From an uncultured delta proteobacterium (lineage in GTDB: Bacteria; Myxococcota; Kuafuiibacteriia; Kuafuiibacteriales; Kuafuiibacteriaceae), in the NCBI GenBank assembly GCA_963803435.1, contig CAWDML010000002.1:96001-160000 (forward strand): a stretch of DNA of 64,000 nucleotides. Reading direction: 5' to 3'. The first letter of the stretch is position 1. Each line of letters opens with the position of its first letter. The notes beneath the pieces are model-generated. The model was not told where the DNA came from. It ran no database searches and saw only the letters and a list, made by a program, of their open reading frames with translations. Made by a program: the position numbers and the translations under genes. Positions 42,411 through 53,259 of the stretch are shown here, in pieces.

Positions 42411-43416
42411 TCTTCTGGCCGAGCGCGATGAGCTCCTCGTAGGGGAGGTTGCCGAGCAACGAGTAATACGTGCCGTCGTGCACGAAGGCGTACGACGACA
42501 TGAGCGGCCCGAGGATCAGGCGGCCGTCCTCCTGGCCGGCCTTGATCGGCAGGCCGTACTCGGGGACCGACATTCCGTTGCTCGCGAACGCCGTCACCAG
42601 GACGAAGTGCACGCCGCGCTCGTAGCGCGCGCAATAGGCGGGGATGGGGCCCGCGGCGCGGACGATCTTCCTGCGGACCAGACCGAGCGCATTGGTGTCG
42701 GGGAGGATCAGCGGGAACTTGACCTCCTTCCGCATGCGCTCCTCCTCCCAGGCCGCTCCGCTCAGGTCCCAGTCGGAGATCAGCGTGTCGGCCGGGAGGG
42801 CGATCGTGAACGTCGAGTCGTCGATGTCGGTGTTGAACGCGATGCGATCGTATCGATACCCATAGGTGACGTCGCCCTCGAACTCGCTCTCGCCGGCGAC
42901 CGCGAAGGAGTACTTGTCGTAGACCTTCGTGAAGCCGCGGTGATTCCATCCGTTCCTGGCCTTCGCGTTGTGCCAGAGCGTGAGCGTGGCGAGGCCGGCG
43001 ACCTTCGTGCTGCCGCTGATGTGATAGTCGAAGTGGGCCAGGTCGCGGCGGTACTGGTACTCGATCAAGCGATCCGCGTCGTCGCCCTCCGGAAGGTGGA
43101 GACCGCGGAAGCGGATGGCCCAGCGGAGCTGCGGGTAGTGGTAGATCAGCGTCTCACCGTCGTACGTCGCGGTGGTGCCGGCCCACTCGAGCGGCTCGGC
43201 GATGCGCGCGGCGAAGCGATTGGGACGGGCGTAGATGACGTCCGTCTTCACCTCTTCGTCCTCGGGGAGGAGGCCCTTCTCGACGATCGTGCCCTCGAAC
43301 GAGTTGACCTGATGCAGGTTTCGCACGATGCGCTTGAGCTGATAGTCCTGCCAGGCGTAGGCGGGGCTGCAGGCGATCAGGGTCAGCAGACCTGCCAAGA
43401 TGAGCGTTCGTTTCAT
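42397..43416 (-). CDS. LolA/RseB-like lipoprotein
   Basis: Lipobox LIAC; YARPNRF, TYDGETL, FNTDIDDSTFTIALP. Confidence 0.65.
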   Translation of the reverse strand: MKRTLILAGLLTLIACSPAYAWQDYQLKRIVRNLHQVNSFEGTIVEKGLLPEDEEVKTDVIYARPNRFAARIAEPLEWAGTTATYDGETLIYHYPQLRWAIRFRGLHLPEGDDADRLIEYQYRRDLAHFDYHISGSTKVAGLATLTLWHNAKARNGWNHRGFTKVYDKYSFAVAGESEFEGDVTYGYRYDRIAFNTDIDDSTFTIALPADTLISDWDLSGAAWEEERMRKEVKFPLILPDTNALGLVRRKIVRAAGPIPAYCARYERGVHFVLVTAFASNGMSVPEYGLPIKAGQEDGRLILGPLMSSYAFVHDGTYYSLLGNLPYEELIALGQKISGS

Positions 43417-44175
43417 GTGTTGTCCTCCCTGAGAAAGATGGTCTTGGCGAGATCGAGCCAGCCGTGGAGGCCGATCCGCACCGGGTTCTTGCCGATCGCG
43501 CGATCGATGCCATAGCGGACCGGCTCCGACAGCTCGGTGAACGTGCCGAAGAGGCGGTCCCAGATGATGAGCACCCCGCCGAAGTTCCGGTCGCGATAGC
43601 GATCGTTCGCGCCGTGATGAACACGGTGATGGCGGGGTGTGTTGAAGAGGAGCTCGAGCGGGCCGAGGCGCGGCACGAGCTCGGTGTGAAGCAGGGCCTG
43701 ATAGAACAGGCTGAAGAACTGGGTGAGCAGCACCATGATCGGATCGAAGCCGACCAGCACGAGCGGTAGCCAGAAAGGGAAGGCCACGAACGGCGTCCAG
43801 GTCTGGCGGAGCGCGACCGAGAGATCGAAGCGCGGCGCCGAGTGGTGGGTGACGTGAGAGGCCCACAGGAGAGAAGCGCGGTGGCTGGTGCGATGAAAGA
43901 CGTAGAACGTGAGATCCTCCAGGAAGAAGAGGGCGATCCAGGCCGCCCAGCCGCGGTGCGAGGTCGGGATCGAGCCAGTACGATCCCAGATCGAAGAGCG
44001 CGTGATCGTGGACGGCCGAGTAGATGTCGAACAGGAGCGGCGCCCACAGCGACGTGATGACCAGGTACCCGGCGTAGACGCCAAAGTTCTCGACGGCGCC
44101 GCGCGGGTCCCGGCGGACGAGCTGCTCCAGGATCGCCAGGCCGACGATCAGCCCGATGAAGGCCCAACCGATCAC
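43413..44175 (-). CDS. Sterol desaturase/fatty acid hydroxylase family; frameshift near 43968
   Basis: FHRTSH, WASHVTHHS, LHTE, HHRVHH, RNFGGVLIIWDRLFGT. Confidence 0.87.
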
Positions 44176-44807
44176 TTCCCTTTGCCTCTCTTCCTCGGCT
44201 CGAGCCCTTGGGTGAAGAGCTTGGCGATCGCCTTGACGGCTTCGGAGTGATCGAGGCCCAGGTGCTTGGCGCCGATCAGCCGCTCGACGATGAAGTAGTT
44301 GGCGAACTGCATGTACACGATCGTGAAGGCGACGGCGGGATCCAGCCCGGCGGGGAGCGCGCGCTCCTTGCGGAGCTCGTCGAAGCGCGGCTTCATCAGG
44401 AAGTCGAACTTGCCCGCCAGGTTCTCGTAGTGGGGGCGGACGTGCTTGCCGTCGAACTCGGCGATGTCTACGTAGACGAGCGTGAGATAGTCGACGTGGC
44501 GATCGACCATCTCTCCGATCGCCTCGCCCATCGCCTCCAGGTCGTCGGGGAAGCGGCGCTTCCGGATCACCTCGGCGAGCGGCTCGCTGTCGGCCGCGAA
44601 GTCCGCGTAGAGTCGCTGGACCAGCGAGGCGAAGATCGGCTCCTTGCCGCTGAAGTGGTTGTAGATGTTGCCGAGGGAGACGCCGGCCTCGTCGGCGATG
44701 TCGCGCAGCCCCACGCCGTGGAAGCCGCGACGGGTGAACAGAGCCCGCGCAGCGTCCTGGATGCGCCGCACGCGCTCGGCCATCTTCTTGTCGTCCAGCT
44801 TGGGCAT
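44172..44807 (-). CDS. TetR family regulator
   Basis: GFHGVGLRDIADEAGVSLGNIYNHFSGKE helix-turn-helix. Confidence 0.93.
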   Translation of the reverse strand: MPKLDDKKMAERVRRIQDAARALFTRRGFHGVGLRDIADEAGVSLGNIYNHFSGKEPIFASLVQRLYADFAADSEPLAEVIRKRRFPDDLEAMGEAIGEMVDRHVDYLTLVYVDIAEFDGKHVRPHYENLAGKFDFLMKPRFDELRKERALPAGLDPAVAFTIVYMQFANYFIVERLIGAKHLGLDHSEAVKAIAKLFTQGLEPRKRGKGK

Positions 44808-44808
44808 T

Positions 44809-44832
44809 AAAAACGAACGTACGTTCGTTTTT
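44809..44832. promoter_or_regulatory. Palindromic TetR operator
   Basis: Perfect 24-bp AT-rich palindrome AAAAACGAACGTACGTTCGTTTTT 1 nt upstream of tetR ATG. Confidence 0.8.
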
Positions 44833-44941
44833 TATGAGCAGGCCGTCAAGCGGGTGCGAGCGCTTACAGGCCGAAGCGGAGATACCCCCGCATAGATCGT
44901 CCGATGGCGCGAAATCGCGTCTTTTGAGGAGATCGGGCGGG

Positions 44942-46246
44942 ATGGATCGGCCTGCGGTGCGCGCTCGGTCCGCGCTGGTGGCGCTGGTGGCGCTCGTCGC
45001 GCTCGCGCCCGCGACCGCCCGCGCGGACGGCGCCTTCCCCGACTCGCTCCAGATCTTCGCGCCGCGCGACGCCCCCGAGCGGATCGTGCTGGCGACCAAC
45101 TTCGGTCTGGTGACGACCGAGGACGGGGGCGCGACCTGGGACCTGGTCTGCGAGAACGCGGTCGCGTTCGGCGCGTATCTGTACCAGATGGGCGCGGCGC
45201 CCGCGGATCGTCTCTATGCGGTCGGCTTCGAGGTGCCGGTCGTCTCCTCCAGCAGCACCGCCTGCGACTTCAGCGTCGCGAGCTTCGATCCGAGCGTCGA
45301 CTACGGCCGCGACGTGTTCCCCGACCCGACCGATCCGCTCCACGTGCTCGCGCTCGATCTCCCGGCGATCGACAGCGAGCGCTCGCATCTCTTCGAGTCC
45401 CGGGACGGCGGCGTGTCGTTCGCCGGGCCGACCTTCACGGCCCCCGACGGCGCGCGGCTGACCGGTGTCGAGATCGCGGCGAGCGATCCGCGGTTCGTGT
45501 ATCTCACGATGTCCTCTGCTCCGATGGTGGTGCCGCGTCTGGTCCGATCGATCGACGGGGGGGAGACCTTCGAGACGATCGATCTCTCGAGCGACCTCGG
45601 CGAGCGCATCCCGTATCTCGGCGCGGTGGATCCGGAGGACCCGCGCCGCCTCTTCCTGCGGCTCATCGGCATGCGGAGCGATGCGCTGGCCCTCAGCGAG
45701 GACGGGGGGACCTCCTTCGAGATCGTGCTCGACGAGGCGGACCAGCTCTCGGCGCTCCTCATCCTGCCGGGCGGCACGGTCCTGGTCGGTGACGTCTACG
45801 GCGGCGGCGGGCACCTCTCCACGGACGGCGGACGCACCTTCGAGGACTGGCCGAGCCCGATCCACGTGAGAGCACTCGCGGCCCGGGGCGGGCAGCTCTA
45901 CGCGGCGGCCGACGACGCGGCCGACGGCTTCGCGCTCGGCGTCTCCGATGACCTCGGTCAATCGTGGCGCCCGCTCCTGCACTTCGCCGACATCCGTGGA
46001 CCGAAGCCCTGTGTCGAGGCTGCCTGCGCCGATGCGTTCGACATGTTGCTCGCCCGGCTGACGGGGCCGCCGGTGGGCGGGATCGACCTTCCCGTGCCGC
46101 GCGACCGGGGCTGCGGGTGTACCGGCGTCGAGGCGGCGCAGGAGGGCGCAGGTGGTCTGATCGCGATGGCGGCGCTCCTCGGGATGGTGCGGCGGCGCCG
46201 ATCGCGACGAGGTCGCGCGAAGCTCACCGCAGGCAGCGGTGGCTGA
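44942..46246 (+). CDS. BNR/Asp-box beta-propeller protein with MYXO-CTERM-like tail
   Basis: Repeated SxDGGxTF/W boxes; C-terminal GCGC, hydrophobic stretch, RRRR. Confidence 0.82.
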   Translation: MDRPAVRARSALVALVALVALAPATARADGAFPDSLQIFAPRDAPERIVLATNFGLVTTEDGGATWDLVCENAVAFGAYLYQMGAAPADRLYAVGFEVPVVSSSSTACDFSVASFDPSVDYGRDVFPDPTDPLHVLALDLPAIDSERSHLFESRDGGVSFAGPTFTAPDGARLTGVEIAASDPRFVYLTMSSAPMVVPRLVRSIDGGETFETIDLSSDLGERIPYLGAVDPEDPRRLFLRLIGMRSDALALSEDGGTSFEIVLDEADQLSALLILPGGTVLVGDVYGGGGHLSTDGGRTFEDWPSPIHVRALAARGGQLYAAADDAADGFALGVSDDLGQSWRPLLHFADIRGPKPCVEAACADAFDMLLARLTGPPVGGIDLPVPRDRGCGCTGVEAAQEGAGGLIAMAALLGMVRRRRSRRGRAKLTAGSGG

Positions 46247-46517
46247 TCTCCTCGGTGCTCCGGGCCTCGCGCACGCAGGCGAGCGCCCCCGGGGGCGCCG
46301 GAAGACCGACGCACGCGTCGAGCTGGCCGGCCAGGGTCCGATGAAGGGCCCGCTTCTTCCGATCCTCGAGGGCGTGGTCGCGGAAGCCCTGGCCGGCCAG
46401 CTCGAGCTCGACGATCCGATCCAGGACCTGGGAGCAGAGCTCGGCGCTGGCCCGCTCCCGGGTACAGGACGCGAGCGCGAAGGTGAACAGCAGGGCGTGG
46501 AGGATGACGTTTTTCAT
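46224..46517 (-). CDS. Small Cys-rich lipoprotein
   Basis: Lipobox LASC plus four Cys; ATGA overlap with tonB. Confidence 0.72.
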   Translation of the reverse strand: MKNVILHALLFTFALASCTRERASAELCSQVLDRIVELELAGQGFRDHALEDRKKRALHRTLAGQLDACVGLPAPPGALACVREARSTEEISHRCLR

Positions 46518-47305
46518 CGCGTGAAGTGGACCCGGATCGGCGGGGAGGTGGCGCTGATGGCGTGGCCGGCGCGATCCTGGGCCGGCACGAAGCGGGTCCG
46601 GAGCGCGCACGCCATCGCTCTCGGCCCGAACCCGTGTCCCGGGTCCGCCACCACGCTCGCCGACGCGGTGGAGCCGTCCGCGCGCACGACCACGCGGATC
46701 ACGACGGCTTGATCGAAGATGTCCTCGGTCTCTGCCTCGCGGGGCCACGTGCACCTCCACTCGTCGCCGTCGAGCCGCACCGGGCTCGAGAGGTCGGGAC
46801 CGCTGGGCGGCTCGGGATCCGGATCGGGCGGGGTCAGGACCGCGTGCGTGCTGGTGCCCCGCGCGGTGGTGATCCCTCCGGCGTACATATCCGCGGTGCC
46901 GGTCACGAAGGTGTCGCCGGTGAGATCGACGGCCGTGTCGGGGAGAGCGGTGATGATCCGCCCGGCCTGCGCCGGAGGCGGCGGCGCGGTGTGGGACCGT
47001 CGCCGGACCGGATCTCGCTTGGCGAGGGGCGGCGGCGGCTCGGGAGGCGGAGGCGGAGGCTCGGGAGGCGGCGGCGCCAGCTCGAGCTCGTCCCGCTGGT
47101 CGAGCTCCTGGCGCACCCGGACGGCCAGGCTGGCGCTCCACGATTCGAGCGAGGGACCGGTGAAGCGAGCGACCAACCACAAGCCTCCGTGCACGGCGAG
47201 CGCCAGCCACGAGCAGAGGAGCCCGGCGAGCAAGGGTCGGCCCGCGCGCCCTCCGAACACGATGTCGACGATGCGCGGCGACTTTGCCGGCTCGAGTGCG
47301 TTCAA
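46514..47305 (-). CDS. tonB: TonB family energy transducer
   Basis: TM with S..VH, Pro-rich linker, C-terminal domain (GHGFG...RFVPA). Confidence 0.82.
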   Translation of the reverse strand: MNALEPAKSPRIVDIVFGGRAGRPLLAGLLCSWLALAVHGGLWLVARFTGPSLESWSASLAVRVRQELDQRDELELAPPPPEPPPPPPEPPPPLAKRDPVRRRSHTAPPPPAQAGRIITALPDTAVDLTGDTFVTGTADMYAGGITTARGTSTHAVLTPPDPDPEPPSGPDLSSPVRLDGDEWRCTWPREAETEDIFDQAVVIRVVVRADGSTASASVVADPGHGFGPRAMACALRTRFVPAQDRAGHAISATSPPIRVHFTR

Positions 47306-47721
47306 GGTGATGACTCCTCATCGGGCAAGGCGCCGAAGGCCACCCGGCTGATGCCGCCCTGTTTGAGGAGATCGAGCACCTTGATGACACGCCGGTGGGG
47401 CACGGCGCCGTCGGCGTTGATGACGGCGCGGACCTCCCGATCGCGCTCGAAGGCGGCCCGCGCCAGCTCACGGATCGCGTCATCGCCGCCGGCGGGCGCA
47501 CCGTTGACCAGCGTGGGACCTTCGACCGGCAGGATCACCGAGAAGATGACCTGCACCTCCTCGCTCTCCGACGCCGACGGAAGGTCCAACGGGACCGCCG
47601 GGGTCACGATGAGCTTCGCGGTGACGATGAAGATGATGAGCAAGACCAACGTGACGTCCACCAGCGGGGTCACGTTGATGCCCGCGATGAGGCCGCCGGG
47701 ATCTTGGGACTGACCGGCCAT
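47302..47721 (-). CDS. exbD: Biopolymer transporter ExbD/TolR
   Basis: INVTPLVDVTLVLLIIFIVT, INADG. Confidence 0.9.
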   Translation of the reverse strand: MAGQSQDPGGLIAGINVTPLVDVTLVLLIIFIVTAKLIVTPAVPLDLPSASESEEVQVIFSVILPVEGPTLVNGAPAGGDDAIRELARAAFERDREVRAVINADGAVPHRRVIKVLDLLKQGGISRVAFGALPDEESSP

Positions 47722-47723
47722 GG

Positions 47724-48398
47724 CTAGGCCACCTCGTCTTTCGTCGCCGGAGGGTTCGCGAGGTACGCGAGCACCAGGTTCGAGAGGACGTCGGCCCCCG
47801 AGAGCAGGCTCACGACGCGGCGCTGGAAATAGTTGTAGGCCGCCACCGCCGGGATCGCGACGGCGATGCCCACGGCGGTCGCGACCAGCGCCTCGGCGAT
47901 CCCGGCCATGACGGCCTGGGAGGCGGCCTGGCTGGCGCCCTTGGCCGCCCCGGACGTGCCGTGACCCAGCTCCTCGAAGGCCTGGATCACACCGATGACG
48001 GTCCCGAACAGACCGATGAACGGGGCGTTGTTTCCCAGCGTGCCGAGATACGCGAGCCGCTTCTCCAGCCGGCTTCGCTCGAGCGCGATCCGGCTGCTCA
48101 TGGCCTTGTCGACCGCCGCGGAGCCCAGGTGGGCGAGGCGAAGGCCCGCGGCGGCGATCGAGGCGGCGACCGAACCCCAACGCTCGAGGTCGGCGATGGC
48201 CTGCTGGATCTTGCCGGCCGAGAGGCGCCGGTCGAGCTCCAGGGCCATCGCGTGAAGGTCGCCGCCTCGCTGCCGGTAGCAGAGCCACCGCTCGAAGACG
48301 ATGGCCCAGCTCACGAGCGAGAGCACGCCCAGGAACCACAGGACCCAGGAGGCGCCGGCGGAGATGAAGACGTGCTTGATCGCTTCGACGGTGTTCAT
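47724..48398 (-). CDS. exbB: MotA/TolQ/ExbB proton channel
   Basis: NAPFIGLFGTVIG, GIAEALVATAVG, AIPA. Confidence 0.92.
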   Translation of the reverse strand: MNTVEAIKHVFISAGASWVLWFLGVLSLVSWAIVFERWLCYRQRGGDLHAMALELDRRLSAGKIQQAIADLERWGSVAASIAAAGLRLAHLGSAAVDKAMSSRIALERSRLEKRLAYLGTLGNNAPFIGLFGTVIGVIQAFEELGHGTSGAAKGASQAASQAVMAGIAEALVATAVGIAVAIPAVAAYNYFQRRVVSLLSGADVLSNLVLAYLANPPATKDEVA

Positions 48399-49393
48399 TC
48401 GAACGGGCACTCCCCTTCACCGTTCATGTGGCCCTGCGTCTTGAGCTGCGATCGCAGGTAGTCCCACATGGTGTTGAGCGGCGTGATCGGCGAGCCCCCG
48501 AGCTGATAGCGGTCGTCGATCTCCGCCAGCTTCGAGGGCGCGACGGCCTGGAGCTCGGCCTTGTCGACCGAGCCGTCGAGGTTCAGGTCGCAGTCGGCCA
48601 GCCACTGGGCCAGCCGGAGGACGCCGCCCTCGTCTCCCTCCGGGAAGCCGTTGAAGAAGATGTGATCCCCGTGGATGGTGGCGGTCACGTTCTGGGTGGC
48701 GCCGTCGGAGACGCTGAAGCCGGGGACGCCGTCGTTCTCGCAGGGCCCGAAGTGCGTCGCCGCGTCCGCGGGGAAGGTGAACGTGATCGACGTGTTCGCG
48801 TAGCAGGGATCGCCGGCCGAGTTGGTCCCGGCAGCGGTGGCCGTCCCGGGCATCGCCAGGGTCGCCGGCGGGCACGACATTCCGTCGGGCTTGGAGAGCG
48901 TGCCGGTGATGAAGTACGTCAGCCCGCTCGACTTCATCATGTCGTAGTCGGTCTGGCTGACGCTCGGGTCGAGCTTGGCGGTCGCCGACGCAGCCGGCGT
49001 CGAGTAGTTGAACTCCCAGTGACCGGTCTTGAGGTTGTCGAGGGTCCACAGCGACTTGCCCGCCGCCGGGATCGTGGTCATGTCGATGACGAAGACGTCG
49101 GCGCCCTTCGCCTGGATCGTGTTGTCCGTGGAGAACTGGATGTCGATGTTACCGACGGTGGCGATGAACTTGTCGTAGCGGACCTCCCAACCGTCCTTGA
49201 TGTTCTCCTCGTCCTGCCCCGGGTCGAGGCCGCCGGTGATCGTGTCCTCGGCCTCGAGGAGGACCGTGAGGCTTCCGGTCCCTCCGTTTCCGTCGCCGTC
49301 GTCGTCCGATCCGCTGTTGCAGGCCGTAAGGCCCGAAAGCGCGAGCACCCCGCTCACGCCGGCGATCCAGGTTGTGCAAGTCTTCCTACGCAT
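48395..49393 (-). CDS. Hypothetical lipoprotein
   Basis: Lipobox LTAC; TIHGDHIFF; DLNLDGSVDKAEL loop. Confidence 0.78.
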   Translation of the reverse strand: MRRKTCTTWIAGVSGVLALSGLTACNSGSDDDGDGNGGTGSLTVLLEAEDTITGGLDPGQDEENIKDGWEVRYDKFIATVGNIDIQFSTDNTIQAKGADVFVIDMTTIPAAGKSLWTLDNLKTGHWEFNYSTPAASATAKLDPSVSQTDYDMMKSSGLTYFITGTLSKPDGMSCPPATLAMPGTATAAGTNSAGDPCYANTSITFTFPADAATHFGPCENDGVPGFSVSDGATQNVTATIHGDHIFFNGFPEGDEGGVLRLAQWLADCDLNLDGSVDKAELQAVAPSKLAEIDDRYQLGGSPITPLNTMWDYLRSQLKTQGHMNGEGECPFE

Positions 49394-49416
49394 ATTCGTT
49401 TCCTTTCTGATGCCCC

Positions 49417-50130
49417 TCAGGGGGCGGTGCTGAACTCGAAGACCGGGCGGGTGCCAGCCACCAAGGCTGCTCGCACGGCCCGGGCGCCCTGGCTGTTCGG
49501 ATCGGCGCCGAGCGTCGTGAAGTCGACGCCGGTGAGCCAGCCGATCGGGTCGAACCGCACGGTGAGACCCGTGTCCGACTCGGTGATGTCGTGCTCGAAG
49601 GTGTCGCTCGTGCTCTTGCGGACGACGGAGACGCCGATCTCCGTGTCGTCGCTCTGCTGGATGGCGAGCGCGATCGAGAACGGGATCGACGTCCCGTCCC
49701 TGGTCGCGACGCCCTCGATCCTCACGGAGTTGCCGCCCAGACTCTCGGCGGACGGGAGCACGCGCGCGGTCTGCTCCGTGAGCAGCGAGGTGATCCCGAG
49801 GTCGAACATCCAAGAGCGCACGAAGCCCGTGACGCCGTCGAGGGACCCCGCGTCGCGCGGATCCGGATCGAGCGCGTCCACGACCGTGCTGTCGACCCAC
49901 TCCATTCGCGCCCGCTCGCAGAGCGCGCCGGCCGTGAAGCCCGGGCAGAGATAGAGGGGTCCGAACGCGAGCTGGGCCTGCGCGAGCTCGATCGACCAGC
50001 CGTCCGGCGTCTCACCCCGGTCGCGGCCCGCGACACCTGCGACGCGAAGCGGGAACGAGACCTCGGCCTGTCCCGTGTCGATGCAGCCGGCGGTGACGAG
50101 CACGAGGCCGAGGAGCGGCGCGCACCTCAT
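49417..50130 (-). CDS. Hypothetical lipoprotein
   Basis: Lipobox TAGC; FGPLYLC motif. Confidence 0.75.
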   Translation of the reverse strand: MRCAPLLGLVLVTAGCIDTGQAEVSFPLRVAGVAGRDRGETPDGWSIELAQAQLAFGPLYLCPGFTAGALCERARMEWVDSTVVDALDPDPRDAGSLDGVTGFVRSWMFDLGITSLLTEQTARVLPSAESLGGNSVRIEGVATRDGTSIPFSIALAIQQSDDTEIGVSVVRKSTSDTFEHDITESDTGLTVRFDPIGWLTGVDFTTLGADPNSQGARAVRAALVAGTRPVFEFSTAP

Positions 50131-52687
50131 AGCGACACCCCCAGCGTGAGCAGCCAGGCGCGCGGCGAGCCGGCCGCCAGATGAATCGCCGGTGTGCGGG
50201 TCCGGATGCCCTCCGGATCCCAGCTCGACGCGAACGTGAACTCGCTGGCCGCGTAGCGGGTGTCGAGGATGTTGAAGACCTCGAAGTCGAGCGCGAACGG
50301 TCCAAAGCCGATCCCGCCGGAGGCGTCGAGCAGTGAGACCGGATCCGCGAAGGTCCCGAACGGCAGCGGACGCGGTGAGAGGAACGAGTAGCCGAGCCCG
50401 AGGTGCCCGGTGAGGTCCCACGGTCCGAGCCGATGAACGAGCGTCGACCGCGCGCCCAGATCGAGCCGCACCACGATCGGGGGCACGAACGGGAGGCTCT
50501 GTCCCGACTGAAACGGTGGCTCGGGCTCCTCGGCGGTGGGCGGCGGCGGATCGAGGAGCTGGGCGTGGACGTAGGTCACCGAGAGCGCGCCGATCAGCCA
50601 GTCGGTGGGGCGGAGCTGCGCGTGGACCACCGCGCCCAGCCGGCGGGTACCGCCGATGCGCTCGAGGCGTCCCTCCTCGGCGTCGAAGGCGACGTCGTCG
50701 GAGAGCTGCGTGTAGTAGCCGGAGACGGTGAGCTGGTAGCGGTCCTCGAACGCCATCCGCAGGCCGAGGTCCGCAGAGCGAACCTTGGAGTACGGCGCCT
50801 CCTCGCCGTCCTCGAGCTGGCGCGCCTGCGGCGAGCGGTAGCCCTCGCCGTAGGCGCCGCGAAGGGAGAGCCAGTCGAGCGCCTTGAGCTCGGCGCTGGC
50901 GCGGGGACCGAAGGCCAGCCCCAGCGCGGTGCGGCGGAAGCCGACGATGAACGTATCCTTGGGTCGGATCGCCGGCACGAAGTTCCCCAGGCGATCGTCG
51001 ATCTCGTAGTTGAGGACGTCGCCGCGCAGGCCCAGACGAAGCCGCAAGAGCGCGCCCAGGCGCCAGTCGAGGTCGCCATAGAAGCCGAGATCGGCGCCGA
51101 GGATCGAGGCGTCGACGCGCTTGTCCCAGGTCTGATTCCGCACCGCGGCGTCGAGAAGGTTCTGGGCCTGGTCGATCTCGTCGATCCGCCCGTCGACACC
51201 GAGCTCGATCGTGCCGCGCACCCAGCCCGCCGGCGAAAGCGCGGGCGAGAGGTAGCGACCCGAGAGGCCGAGGGAGCGGGTCCGGTTCTGCTGCTCGATC
51301 AGATCGCCGCGGCCGGCGACGTTGGCGAGGGTCTGGGAGCGCTGGATGAAGCCGGTGAAGTTCTCCTGGAGGCGGAAGTTGTCGAGCCCCACCCAGAGCC
51401 CGATGCTGGCGTTGTCGCCGGCCGAGCCCCGGTACTCCGCGAAGCCGCCCGCCAGCGCGCGGCCCGCGAAGGCGTTCTGTCGCTGCGCCGTCGGATACGG
51501 GTAGACGTCGAAGAAGCCGATCTGGCCCGAGTCGACGTCGCTCTGGCGAACCACGCCGGCGAGGTCGGAGCGCGCCGCGTACAGGATCCCGAGGACCCGG
51601 TAGCGCCAGGCGCCCGATCCGAAGACCGACTGCACCAGCGCGCTGCCGCTCTGCCCCTGGCGGTTCTCGCCGAAGCCGTCGCTCCTGTTGTACTCGACCG
51701 CGCCGAAGGTGCCGCGGTCCTCGCCCGGCGGCGCCCAGACGAGCGTCTCACGGAAGGTGTTGAAGGCGCCGTAGCCCGACTTCAGCTCCCACCCGCGGTG
51801 CTCGACGCCCAGCTCGAGCTCCATCGATCCGGCGACCGCGAAGTCGCCCTGTCGCGGGTCGTAGACGCCCTCGGAGGCGTGGAGCTCGTCGACCGTGTCG
51901 GCGATCAGGAAGCCGAGAATCCGCGTAGCCCTGACCGTGGATGTGCGAGGGCATGTTGATCGGGATGCCGCCGACCCGGAACTCGATGTCCTGTCCGTGC
52001 TCGGCGTCGAAGCCGCGCAGCATGTAGCTGTGGGCTACCGCGAGGCCTTCGGGCCGCGCGATGTAGAGCCCGGGCGCGGTGCGGAGGACCTCGGCGCCCT
52101 CCTGGCGCGGAGCGGCGGCCAGCACCTCGCGCTCCACCGTGAAGTCGCTGGCGCTGCGCTGCTCCTCGCGGAGCTTGCGGACGCCGTGGACGGTCACGTC
52201 GATCGCGTGCTCTTCGGGCGTGGGGGGTGAGGGTCGCGGTGGTGGTGGTGGCGGTGGTGGCGGCGCGGCCGCGATCGAGGCGGTGGCGGTGGTGGACGAC
52301 GCCGCGATGGAGGCGGTGGCGGCGAGCGGCGCTTCGATCGGGAGCGTGAAGCGGAAGGGCACGCGGATGCGCACGCGGATGGGCGTCCCGTCCCGCTGGG
52401 CCGGACGAAACCTCCACTGGCGGACCGCGTCGACGGCGGCCTGATCGAAGGCGGGGCCTCCGGTCATGGCCACGTCGACGTCCTTCACCGTCCCGTCCAC
52501 ATCGACGGTGACGAGCAGCGTCACCTGGGCCTCCTGCCGCGTCGCGAGGGCCTGGGGCGGATAGAATCGCGTCCACCCGCGAGATGAGCTCGGGGGGCGT
52601 GATCCCTTCCGGACCCAGGGCCCAGGCGGCGGGCGCCGACAGCGCGGCGCACAGGAGGAGGGCGGCGAAAGCCCCCTTCGACATCAA
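50127..52687 (-). CDS. TonB-dependent receptor with N-terminal TonB-C domain; frameshifts near 52565 and 51918
   Basis: Signal peptide, FDQAAVDAVRQWRFRPA, Pro linker, LRGFDAEHG, SHIHGQGYAD plug, barrel ending LGVSL. Confidence 0.85.
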
Positions 52688-52775
52688 TCACCTCGGTTTT
52701 AGTCGACGCGGCGCCGGCCGGACGGGGCGGTCCCCGGCCGAGCGATCGACCCGCGTTCAGAGCAGAAGGGGCGTG

Positions 52776-53180
52776 CTAGGCGAGCGTAGGGGGAGACTGC
52801 TTGGGCGCGAGCCGGAGGACGAAGAGGCGCGAGCGCACCCCGGTGGTGCGCGCGATGGAGACGATCGCCGTCCGTGGAGGCTCCGGCTCGACCGCGTGCC
52901 GCTGGTCGACGTTCACCCGCGCAGTGGCGAGGAGCGAGAACGGGCAGTGCGCGTCCTCGTCGGACGCGCGCCGCTCTTTCCCGGGCAGAACGCCCGGATC
53001 CGAGACGGTGTGGACCTCGAAGGTCCGCGCGCGGTGGACCACGTCCACCATCTCCCCGTGCTCGGGGCAGGTCCTATGATCCACGGACGCGAAGTGAAGG
53101 AGCTCGGCCGCCTGCCCGACGACGAACGTCGCGAGCAACGCCAGAGAGCCTGCAAACCTGTGGACACGCGCCGAACGCAT
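52776..53180 (-). CDS. His/Cys-containing small exported protein (DUF2946-like)
   Basis: HRTCPEHGE, HCPF, C-terminal LAPKQSPP; precedes TBDR. Confidence 0.65.
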   Translation of the reverse strand: MRSARVHRFAGSLALLATFVVGQAAELLHFASVDHRTCPEHGEMVDVVHRARTFEVHTVSDPGVLPGKERRASDEDAHCPFSLLATARVNVDQRHAVEPEPPRTAIVSIARTTGVRSRLFVLRLAPKQSPPTLA

Positions 53181-53259
53181 GCGATCGCGTCTCTCGTCTA
53201 TCCGTGCGCCGCGCTGGGTGTCAAGCCGGCGGGGTCATCGCCGAGATCCGGTCGATCGA

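Noticed and set aside
52225-52325. GGT/GGC triplet runs as a DNA repeat element
   Set aside because: They encode the Pro/Ala/Thr linker of the TonB-fused receptor.
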